A stretch of DNA of 64,000 bases from Macrostomum lignano (taxonomy: Eukaryota): the NCBI GenBank assembly GCA_002269645.1, contig NIVC01002097.1:140908-204907 (forward strand). The letters run 5' to 3'. Under the pieces are notes generated by a model that saw only the letters and a program-made list of their open reading frames with translations, made no database searches and was not told the origin of the DNA. Below are positions 34,685 to 46,300 of this stretch, in pieces. Each line of letters begins with the position of its first letter. The first letter of the stretch is position 1. Both the position numbers and the translations under genes were made by a program.

Positions 34685-35465
34685 GAGAATCGGCATTCTG
34701 CATCACCAGACTCAGACAGACTCACCAGCTGGGGAATCGGAATTCTGCATCACCAGACTCAGACAGACTCACCAGCTGGGGAATCGGAATTCTGCATCAC
34801 CAGACTCGGACAGACTCACCAGCTGGGGAATCGGAATTCTGCATCACCAGACTCGGACAGACTCACCAGCTGGGGAATCGGAATTCTGCATCACCAGACT
34901 CGGACAGACTCACCAGCTGGGGAATCGGCAAGCTGCATCCCCAGACTCAGACAGATCCGACTTGGATTCCCGCTCAGCTTTGAGTTGGATTCCCGCTCAG
35001 ATCCGACTTGGATTCCCGCTCAGATCCGACTTGGATTCCCGCTCAGCTTTGAGTTGGATTCCCGCTCAGATCCGACTTGGATTCCCGCTCAGCTTTGAGT
35101 TGGATTCCCGCTCAGATCCGACTTGGATTCCCGCTCAGCTTTGAGTTGGATTCCCGCTAAGATCCGACTTGGATTCCCGCTCAGACCCGACTTGGATTCC
35201 CGCTCAGCTTTGAGTTGGATTCCCGCTCAGATCCGACTTGGATTCCCGCTCAGCTTTGAGTTGGATTCCCGCTAAGATCCGACTTGGATTCCCGCTCAGA
35301 TCCGACTTGGATTCCCGCTCAGCTTTGAGTTGGATTCCCGCTCAGATCCGACTTGGATTCCCGCTCAGATTCGACTTGGATTCCCGCTCGCTCAGCTTTG
35401 AGTTGGATTCTCGCTCAGATCCGACTTGGATTCCCGCTCAGATCCGACTTGGATTCCCGCTCCGA
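34685..35465. repeat. Two adjacent minisatellites: 47-bp (34685-34935) and 23-bp gatccgac/gctttgagttggattcccgctca (34950-35465)
   Basis: Tandem units read directly. Confidence 0.9.
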
Positions 35466-35506
35466 ATCAAACTGAAGTAATTAACCCTGAGTTTTTCTCA
35501 CCCCAG

Positions 35507-38500
35507 TCAGCCGCTGCCAAATAGTGCAGCTGAAAGCCTATGTACGTCGTACACAGTGTTTTCATTGGTCTCAAACTTGACGCGAAGCACGCTGCCACCG
35601 GTTAAGTAGTTCTGGGAGGTGAAGCTGCCCACATCGAGTGACACAGATTGCAGAGTTGCTCCAGAGCTGTTATAAAATTTTACGAAATCGCAGCAGGTCT
35701 CCAGATGCATGAAGGTGAAGCGCGCGATCACAATGGAATCGATCGGACCGGATATTGTCCAGCTGCAGTTCATCCTGTTATAGTAGGAACTGTCGTGGCT
35801 CAGGACCATGCCTCCGATGTAAGCTGGTGCCATTCGCCTGTACTCAGTGGGACAATCTGGATGGAGAGTATAATGACTTGAGCTGTAAAGTGTATTCTAA
35901 CTTTTAATTGCGCAGCCATGCAGACTGAAAGATGGCAGGACAAGACAGGTAGGCAGAATAAGCTAACGATGATAGCAATAATGGGCTAATGCTCTCACAG
36001 AACCGATGCCCGGCATCTCTGACGATCGCGTACCACACGAAGAAGCCCAAGCGGGTCACGCTTCCATCGGTGTGCAGGTGCAAAGTCATCATATTGGACG
36101 ATGACCTGGTCTCAATATACACCTGGCTGTTGTCGCTCGGGTCGGCCGTGAACAGCAGCAGTCCGATCCTCGTGCCATCGTGCAGAGACACGCGGTCGTA
36201 GCCGGTCTCCATGTACACCGCATGAAAAGCGTAAAAATTACGAGTACATAACCCTCCGGTGCTCGAATCGTGGCGTAGCAATCAAGATTGTTTTCGTATG
36301 TACCAGTCGACCTGCTAGTTTCTGCCGCGTACATCCTTAAGGTGCTCTTCCTGAGGGAGCGTCGTGGAGGCTCACAAAATCGTTGCCAGTCTTCAAGTCG
36401 GCGTAAGAAAATCGCGCAGAGATTCTGTAGCTGGACTTGGCCCTCAGCTGCAGGGTGCAGAGCGTGTTGCTGAGGTACTGGCTGCTGTACATTCCATCGT
36501 GGCTCACAATCGAGAGCTCGCCTTCGTCTATGCTGACGTCGAACGCTGCGCTGGACGTAACGCCTTTGGGGCAGACTGGAGTGTTTTGTTAGAAAGTTCG
36601 GTAAGATGTCATGACTTTTTTAATCCTGGCATTTGTGGTAGCAACCCAGACCTTAATCTTGCCCTACAAATGCAAAATACCTTTAGCAATGCACAAGTAG
36701 CCACCTGGTGCTCTTGAGCACGTGCATGCGTATAAGAACCCCTGACAACTTTGCTAGCAGCCAGTTACTCCTGTTTCCAGCAGCATGGTGCATGCGGTGC
36801 ATTCATGCCAGATCGACTCACCATGCGGTGTATTCATGCCAGATCGACTCACCATGCGGTGCATTCATGTCAGATCCACTCACCAGTCTGCCGGGGAACG
36901 CAGCCTCCAGCTGACAAAAGAGAGAAGAAAATTATGAAGAAATTATGAAGATATAGTGGACAATAGCAGGCATTCCGGAACAGCGGGACGTTGAATATAT
37001 TTGTACTACCAAGCTGCAACTTTGGAGCGTACATGTATTCAGGGGTGTCGCCATGGATTTTATGTTGAGGGGGACAAAGCCGAGAATTCTACATGTACAC
37101 GACTGAATTCTTATGTAAATACATTAATTAGTGCCGCAGACACTCAGTCAGTGTTTGTCCCCGCACCGCACCGCATATATTTTGGCGCCACAGGCACTTA
37201 TTTTGGCGCCACAGGCACTTATTTTGGCGCCACAGGCACTTATTTTGGCGCCGCAGGCACTCATTTTGGCGCCGCAGGCACTCATTTCGGCGCCGCAGGC
37301 ACTCATTTTGGCGCCGCAGGCACTCATTTCGGCGCCGCAGGCACTCATTTCGGCGCCGCAGGCACTCATTTCGGCGCCGCAGGCACTCATTTTGGCGACG
37401 CAGGCACTTATTTTGGCGCCGCAGGCACTCATTTTGGCGCCGCAGGCACTCATTTTGGCGCCGCAGGCACTCATTTTGGCGACGCAGGCACTTATTTTGG
37501 CGCCACAGGCACTCATTTTGGCGCCGCAGGCACTCATTTTGGCACCGCAGGCACTCATTTTGGCGCCGCAGGCACTTATTTCGGCATCGCAGGCACTCAA
37601 TTGCCTTATGGTTTTTGGTACCCACCGCGCCCAACCCCACCCCCCCAGGCGATTGGGGGGGGGGGGCGCGACCCCCCCCGCCCCCCCCTGGCTACGCCAC
37701 TGGCCGTCACCATACGAGACCGGCTTGCTTTTTCCAGTAAAAGCTATGGGGGGACATGCCAATGCTTTGTCCCCTCACCTAATTTTGTGACCCGTTATGG
37801 CAGTCAATAATTTTGTTTCAGGGTGAAAAGCATAGCGCCCGCGGCACCGAAAATGAGTGCCCGCAGTGCAAAAAAAGGGTGCCTGCGACGCCAAAATGAG
37901 AGCTGTCAACACCGATTCTGATAATAATGTACAGTACATGTACTTGTAGATTTCTTGGCTTGTCCCCCGACCAGAAAATCAATGGCGACGCCCTGTATGT
38001 ATTCGATTGAGTTAGACAGCGAGATAATGTTTACAAAAAGAACTTTTTTTGATTCTGTTACAGTCTTTGTTGAAAAAAATTGGATACTTAGAAATGTGCT
38101 TTTAACAATATTTGTTTGCAGGTATTTTCAAACCAAGCTCGAACAGCCACCACAGCTTCATACTCTACGTGAAAGCCGGTCCCTGAGTTTGTCTCGTCCG
38201 ACTTGAATAGAACTCGCAGAGAATTCGAACTCGACCGAAACCGCACCGGAGTGGCAAGATGGCGGGAAGCAGTCGACAGGTTGGCCAGCGGGAGGCCGTT
38301 TGAGTCCAGTAGAGCGAGGATGTCATAATCCGGCTCAAGATCCAGGTAGGTCACTGCTGCGCTGATTGCATAGCCGGCAGGTGCTTGCAGCGTCAGCGCG
38401 CAGTCGGCATTGTGCGGATAACGGGACCCCTCGGACACGCCTCGGTGACTCACCACGGAGCCGGACGAGTTCGCTTGAAGGCCGATGCTTCGAGTTTCGT

Positions 38501-41020
38501 TGCACACTGAGAAGTGGCAAAGGAAAAGACAACTGGCTTTTGAGAATGTACTTTCTAACGGACATTTCTACGGATCCATGCTACCTAACTTTGAATGAGA
38601 CATAGCATTTGCTGTAAAACTTCATCTGAGGTTCTATAAATTGCTGTTTCAGTGAATCTTCGAACTCCGGAAAGAACTGATAGATTGACTGCTTCGGCCT
38701 TTAGCAGCATTCACCAGTGTTAAACGCACTCTGTGTCATATTTGTTTCTATTCGGGCACGCGTTTCTTTCTGTAATTGCCCTGTGCCAACATCTGCATAA
38801 ACAGCATGACTAAACTGTACTAAATATTGTGCATAGCAGTCAGTGACCTCCCACATCACAGGGCAGATGGGCGGGCACCCAGAACTGCCGGCAATCGCGT
38901 GCTGCGGTTCCGTGCCCCTCTTGCAAGCTCAGGAACGGTTTCTGAACAAAAATCGAAAGGATATTCGAGCCCTTGTCATGACCTTTACCAGCTATGGCTA
39001 CCTCATCAGACACTGCTTCCTCCGAGGCGACCTCGAGAGTGAACTTTGCCCTTTTTGCAAGTACGACAATGAAAATGCTCAGCACTTTGTCTGTCACTGC
39101 ATGCCCTTTCTTTACCAGAGACCGGCTACGCTACCTCGGTCCAAATCCGTCCAACGACGAGGTCTGCCAGCCCGACAGTTCCTTTGGGTGACAAGATGAG
39201 ATCACGCTGCATGACGGACCGGCGGACCACCCTGACCGGCCCCACGCCTCTGCCTGTCTGCGGACCTTCAGGGGCTAGCGGAATGGGCGGCCCTTGCCTC
39301 CCCGCTGTGTCTACGGACCACCCTGCAGCTAAGTCAAGTGAAGTCAAGACCTTGCAAATCAATCAGAAACTTACCGAAGCCGTCGGGCACCACGCTGAGC
39401 AGCAGCTTGAAGCCGTAGTGGCTGTTTGAATTGCCCGAGAATCGAACTACGGCGCTGCTCGTAGCTGACCGATAACTCGACCTGGGACGAGCAATACACT
39501 TCGTTGACTCAAATGTTAGTTAGCAGGCAAAAGCTTTGTTTTTAGGAAACGACGCACTAACTTAGTGCTGAGATGCCAAGGCTTACAGTGGAAATTACTG
39601 AGATATAAAGGTTCATGGGGGAAATTTCTGAGATGTGAAGGCCTACGATGGGAATCGCTGAGATGTGATGGCTTACGGGTGAGTAGCAAAGATGTCAAGG
39701 CCCATGGGGAAAATCGCCGAGATGCCAAGGCTCATGAGGGAATTTCTGTGATTTCAACGCTTAATTGGAGTTTAATTCTGTCATCTAAGAGCTTCGAATA
39801 GAAGACTGGCAGCATTGAGTTGACGGCTGGTTCTGCAGGATGCTAACTTCCAGAAAACTTACTGAGTGTACATTAAGCAGTTTTAATTTTCTCATGTTAA
39901 TTTTTTTTACCATTTTCATGTGTTTTTCTGAGTTTATAGGCTTTTTGAGTAACTCATGCGTTAATACTTTGCGACCTCTAGCTAGATTCAAGTCAAAGGC
40001 ATACCAGCTATGGCTATGGTTCTCAGCAGAACTCGAAAGCCAAGACGGGACGTCGAGCTGACCCACCGCGACTCGCTCTGCAGCCAGGACGGGCCGGAGA
40101 GCCGGCCAAGCAAATTCCAAGTTGTCATGCAGGCTCAGAAAGTCGCTTCCGGCTTCGAAATCGGCGAAGACCACCCGGGCGAGCACCCCGTAACCGGCCG
40201 GAGCTCGTAGCGTGGCGACGCAGTTGACGCTGCCGCTTCGCTGCCAGCCGTAGTGGAAGCCGCGATGACTCAGCAGCTCCACTGACTCGCTTGTAAGCAA
40301 GATTGTACTGCACCGATCCGTCTGGGACTTGAATGTCGTTTTCGCAGACTGAAAAGCGGTAGGAAAGTCAAAATATACTGTCGTTCTAGAAGTAAATATT
40401 GATGGTTTTACCGTACCGGCAAACCTAAGCAACCCTACAGGGCCAGCGGATGTGGCATACTTATCGACTAGAGCTCTTTATTTTTCCCTATTTGTCAGAG
40501 GCAGCCGTCGGTTGGGCAGTACGGAGTACTTCAGCGCGTAGCCCCAGCCTCCCGGACTGTTTCCAGTTGTCAAGGCAACGGACACAGCGCTGCCCTCGGA
40601 AATGTATTCGGCTGACGTAAAGAATCGAAAATGGTCGATTGACGGAGTCTGCACCCTAGGCTGGGCCACCGGCGGTTGGCTGATTCTGTAGCTCTGCCAG
40701 AACTGCAGGCTGTCACAGCAGGCCTGCAGGTCCATGTACCACAGCTGTAGGCGGATTCGGTAGCCGAACGGGGCTCGCAGTTTGAAGGTGCAGCGCATGC
40801 TGGTGTAGTACGGGCTTCTGCACACTTCAGCATGGCTTCCCAGCTGCGCCACTCGGCGTCCTGCGCACCAATGGAAAAGTCGGCCTCGAAGTTTCCGGAG
40901 CCTGGGCAGACTGGGGAGTTCAGCGCGGAGGATTGGAGAGTTTAGCTGATGAGGATGAAACATTTTGCTATGGAACAGCATCCGGAGTTCTGCAGCCAGA
41001 ATTCTATACATGTACTGCAC
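35507..41020 (-). CDS. Multi-CUB-domain extracellular protein (at least 6 CUB-like units), with frameshifts; may extend to ~41590 and ~34400
   Basis: CUB motifs in 40478-40870 (YYTSMRCTFKLRAPFGYRIRL..DLQACCDSL), 40060-40330 (NCVATLRAPAG..DFEAGSDFL), 38120-38505 (YPHNADC..DLEPDYDIL..SDETNSGTGF), 36000-36575 (YENNLDCY..ETGYDRV..TDGSVTRLGF) and 35507-35830 (YYNRMNCSW..HLETCCDFV). Confidence 0.85.
37040..37995. mobile_element. hAT MITE (CAGGG(G)TGTCGCCAT...ATGGCGACGCCCTG) containing a 5'-truncated second MITE (~37148-37702) with a 21-bp array
   Basis: TSD CATGTATT/TATGTATT (7/8); inner unit ends CTGGCTACGCCACTG like 50807-51090. Confidence 0.8.
38843..39348 (+). mobile_element. 5'-truncated LINE 3' end (C-terminal CxxC...HxxxxC knuckle) in a CUB-gene intron
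   Basis: GYLIRHCFLRGDLESELCPFCKYDNENAQHFVCHC; followed by a UTR-like stretch and an (aagtc)n-like tail. Confidence 0.7.
39565..39755. repeat. Degenerate ~30-bp tandem repeat (ctgagatg..aaggc...ggaaat)
   Basis: About 6 diverged units. Confidence 0.55.
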
Positions 41021-43320
41021 TTGTGCAACCTCGATAAGGTTTCTTTTACTACGGCGTACATTTCGTGGTTAACTGCGCCTTGCAGCTTTTGACAATTTAT
41101 TGACAACTATATCTTTGGAAATAATTATTTAAATTTTACGAGCTATCAAAATTAATTAGTGAATCAACCTCAGATAACCTCAGTCCATTTTAGTGATACA
41201 ATAACAGTTTTCGATGCTTCCCTATGTGGCTTTACGGGCTCTTTCCTGGTTTTCAGCGTTCCTGGCTCGCGGTCTCGGGACTGCTAATCTCGGGATTTTG
41301 TCTCGTCTCACAGTAACTCGGTATTCACGTTTGTTTGTTTGTAGAATGGGGAGTTTCATGGACGCAGCCGATGTCAACATTTGTCACTAGATCGACGAAT
41401 TCAAATTTCAGCTTCTCGTAGATGTCAAGCTGGGCTAAAGTCAACCACAATTTCCTTGTTTTGCACCCGGTGCACGATCTCTTCACAGTAGCAACGTCAC
41501 GTACGTAGTTTTTTGGGAGCCCGGGACACCAGTGAGATATTAGGCCGCCAAGAGCCGGCAGCTGCATGTATGTACGCCTTGTCGATGTCATCCGTCGATG
41601 CCATCCGTCGATGCCTTGTCGTTAAGTTGATCACCGTCCAGCTGCAGAATTTGCGCAGGTCGTGACGCAGACTAATTCAAATTTTCGACACGACGGCTCA
41701 TGGTTTAAAAAGACGCATCCTAGGAATGATCAGTCACAAAAGCAGAATGAGCTGGATGATCGGTAGTGCAATCTTATTCGATAGCTAGTAGCAGGACTCA
41801 CCTTGCATTTTACGTGCAAGTTTATATATCCGACTTCATGTTGTTCTGTAATGGACCGAAATCCATTATTGCTTTACATGCATTCTACATCTGCAGTAGC
41901 ATGTGTTTTCAGTAGTTATAATTCTAAGTAGATTCATAACTATCTGGTTTACATACATGTGCAAAAATTGATGCACATATACAAAAAAATTATGTCAGTT
42001 CTCGGCAATTCGGCAGAAAATATAAAATTTAGTACGAGACATCACTGGACATCCACAGTGTAGAATTCAGGTTTTACTACATCTGCGCATCTCCGTTCTT
42101 TAGCCAATAATTTTAGTATAGTAAAATATAGTGAATACGCTATATTTTACCAAGTGAAGAACTTGAAGTTTTATACGCCACAAGCTGGAACTATTATTTT
42201 TGAAAACGACCCATTTAATTTGAAATATTGCACATCAGCTAAAACAAATATTATGTAGAGATACTCCTGGCATTACTGAAAGAAAATTTGTACAAATAAT
42301 TGAATGTTTCTAATACTCGATAGCCACTCTAGAGTTAGGTCCTTTTGTTCTTAATTTTTGAGCATTGAATTACCATGATGGCAATATTTGGCTTTATGTT
42401 TTCTGTGAAATCACTGTCAAGTTTTATAGTTAATTGTTATGACCATAATATCTATTGTCCTAGTACTCAAACTGTCAGTGTTGAATGTTAATGGATGCAT
42501 TTTGGGTATCTTTATTTAATTACACCTGATAACTTCACTTTAAATGGCTCCGTTTTATGATATGTTAAAATTACCAACAATTCGAGATTTTAACTTCATC
42601 AAATAGCTCGAGTTTGATTTGGGAATTTAACTGTTATTTCGAAACTCTTACCCTTTTATGAAATTTTAAAAAGATTAGATCGAAATCCTTTTTTTAATTA
42701 ACTGGCCGTGACTCCTCGAAGCTACTTTAAAAACCATTTTAGTTATTTCCAAAATAAAATGTCTATCTTATTCTTGTCCCAGTATTCATTTTTTATTCTG
42801 ATAGTATCTAATCTGAAAGATGGACCAAGAGACAAATGGTCTGATAGAATTGATTATAGCATAGTAAATGATATACTAAAACAAGACATCAATAGATGTC
42901 AACTATTTGCATTAGGCCTAGTTTATGATAATTAATTAACATTAAGTTGTTAACTAAAAAAACAAAAATAAAATCAAATATAAAATATTTTTATATTTAC
43001 TTTGTCTTTGTATCTATTATTAAAAATTATATATCATTGTAAATAAATTTAGAAAATATGCTCATCATAAATTGTTCATCTTGCTGGATGAACTATTCAA
43101 TTTTTGAACTATATGATTAATTTTTAATTGTTTTCTGAATTTAGTTTTGCCCACATATCTTATAATATGAAAACATAGGCCTACCCACTAGCTAGCATAA
43201 CTGTTGGTATTTTTTTTATGCAGCTCTGATTTGCTTTACAAATGTATATATATTGAAATTCCCATTTCAGCTCTTCAATGCTCCAAGAACAAGCATTTAT
43301 TTGTGTGCCATATTAAGGCT

Positions 43321-46300
43321 ATGATGGCTTTTTTGGCCAGCACACTCTGGGAATTTATAGCTGCCAGTAGTCCAGTGCAAACCTTCAGCTTGTTCATCAC
43401 CAGGCTGGATGTTCTGGATATTATATTTATTGGATTCTGTCTGTTTGGATTTGCTGCATCAGTGCTCGCTCATGTCACTTATCAGCTGATTTACCCCAAG
43501 GGCACCCAGTCTCGCGAGCTCTGGTCGCCCCTGGCCCAACACCCGGGCTTTCTGGCGCCGGACCTGCACCACAGACCGGAGATATGCAGCTGGCTGAATA
43601 TTCTGATTGGCTGGCTCAGCAACTGCAGTCAGAGGTCTTTTGTTCAGCATGGAAACTGCAGCAGATTGTACAGCGGATTTTTACTGAACTGCCTGAAGGC
43701 TTTCAATAAAGCGGCCAGCGGCACAGTGAGTCACACACATGATCACACAGGATGTACAGCGACCCTGGCTTTGTCTGTCAGACAGAATGCACACTCTGTG
43801 GCTTGGAGGTTGGCCCCCATGGGCGACATTTGCGTAAACCGCAGGCCAACTTACTGACTTACTAATCCACTTTCAGGCTGTTTATGTACAAGATATCTCA
43901 CTGGGCACCTCGTTGCCAACAGTAAAATCAGTTACATCAAGGATCTGCCCAGGTCCCGGCAAAGAGCTGGTATGCATCAAATTAACCATTTTCAAATATC
44001 GGCTTTACATTGGAATTCGGACAATTGTATCCGCCTGTTCTTCCCTGCCTTTTCAGCTGCTCTACGCTCAGGTTTACGTTCCGGATGTCCTGCTGAAGGT
44101 CCGCGTGGCTCACTGGCTGACCGACTACAGCGTTCAGCTGACGAACTGCAGCGCTGAAGTGAGTAATCAGTGTTGAGTTCATGCTGAAGTGAGTGATCAG
44201 TGTTGAGTTCATGCTGAAGTGAGTAATCAGTGTTGAGTTCATGCTGAAGTGAGTGATCAGTGTTGAGCTCATGCTGAAGTGAGTAATCAGTGTTGAGTTC
44301 ATGCTGAAGTGAGTAATCAGTGTTGAGTTCATGCTGAAGTGAGTGATCAGTGTTGAGCTCATGCTGAAGTGAGTAATCAGTGTTGAGTTCATGCTGAAGT
44401 GAGTGATCAGTGTTGAGCTCATGCTGAAGTGAGTGATCAGTGTTGAGCTCATGCTGAAGTGAGTGATCAGTGTTGAGCTCATGCTGAAGTGAGTGATCAG
44501 TGTTCAGTTCATGCTGAAGTGAGTAATCAGTGTTGAGTTCATGCTGAAGTGAGTAATCAGTGTTTAGTTCATGCTGAAGCGAGTGATCAGTGTTGAGCTC
44601 ATGCTGAAGTGAGTGATCAGTGTTGAGCTCATGCTGAAGTGAGTGATCAGTGTTGAGTTCATGCTGAAGTGAGTGATCAGTGTTGAGTTCATGCTGAAGT
44701 GAGTGATCAGTGTTGAGTTCATGCTGAAGTGAGTGATCAGTGTTGAGTTCATGCTGAAGTGAGTAATCAGTGTTGAGCTCATGCTGAAGTGAGTGATCAG
44801 TGTTTAGTTCATGCTGAAGTGAGTGATCAGTGTTGAGCTCATGCTGAAGTGAGTGATCAGTGTTGAGCTCATGCTGAAGTGAGTGATCAGTGTTTAGTTC
44901 ATGCTGAAGTGAGTAATCAGTGTTGAGTTCATGCTGAAGTGAGTGATCAGTGTTGAGCTCATGCTGAAGTGAGTGATCAGTGTTGAGCTCATGCTGAAGT
45001 GAGTGATCAGTGTTGAGCTCATGCTGAAGTGAGTGATCACTGTTGAATTCATGCTGAAGTGAGTGATCAGTGTTGAATTCATGCTGAAGTGAGTGATCAG
45101 TGTTGAGCTCATGCTGAAGTGAGTGATCAGTGTTGAATTCATGCTGAAGTGAGTGATCACTGTTGAGCTCATGCTGAAGTGAGTGATCAGTGTTGAGCTC
45201 ATGCTGAAGTGAGTGATCAGTGTTGAGCTCATGCTGAAGTGAGTGATCAGTGTTGAGCTCATGCTGAAGTGAGTGATCAGTGTTGAGCTCATGCTGAAGT
45301 GAGTGATCAGTGTTGAATTCATGCTGAAGTGAGTGATCACTGTTGAATTCATGCTGAAGTGAGTGATCACTGTTGAATTCATGCTGAAGTGAGTGATCAG
45401 TGTTGAGCTCATGCTGAAGTGAGTGATCAGTGTTGAGCTCATGCTGAAGTGAGTGATCAGTGTTGAGCTCATGCTGAAGTGAGTGATCAGTGTTGAATTC
45501 ATGCTGAAGTGAGTGATCAGTGTTGAGCTCATGCTGAAGTGAGTGATCAGTGTTGAGCTCATGCTGAAGTGAGTGATCAGTGTTGAGCTCATGCTGAAGT
45601 GAGTGATCAGTGTTGAGCTCATGCTGAAGTGAGTGATCAGTGTTGAGCTCATGCTGAAGTGAGTGATCAGTGTTGAGCTCATGCTGCAGCTGTTTCTACT
45701 TTTCAACCCAGGCTGAGCTGGAGCTTCGGCTGGCTCAGGGACCGCCGACAGCTTCGGCTCGTCTGATTGGCCGGCCTTTTGTCTCCGAAGCCCGCGTCTG
45801 TCGCATTGACAACTCTGGCGTCAGCCAATCAGAGGCTTCCGCTCGTTCTGATTGGCTGGCCGGTCGGGTCATTGCGCTGCTGGGTTCCACTGTGGTCAAT
45901 TTTCCATTGGGCTGCAATGGACTACTGCGTGTGGCGCCAGTTCTGAGCCGAAGCGAAGACAAGGCCTGCCAGACAGATGAGGTATCTGCAGTTTTATCGA
46001 AGCAGAATTTCCACGACAGCACCTGTTTCAATTCTCAAACTCTTTTTCAACAGGCTATCGTTGCTGAATATCAAGATGCAGACTGCGGCTGTTCGCTTCT
46101 GAAGAAAAAGCTGCTTGAGGAAGATCGTAAAGTTTTGCCTACTCTGGCTAATAAATTGACAATGGCCACTTCACATGAGATCGCGTCGCGTATATTAAAT
46201 CAAAATGAAAATTCGTTGAGCTCCGCTAATCAAAGCTGCTCACCTGTGCTGACCAATCACAACTCTCCGAGCATTTCGTCGAATCAAAACGGTGCAAAAA

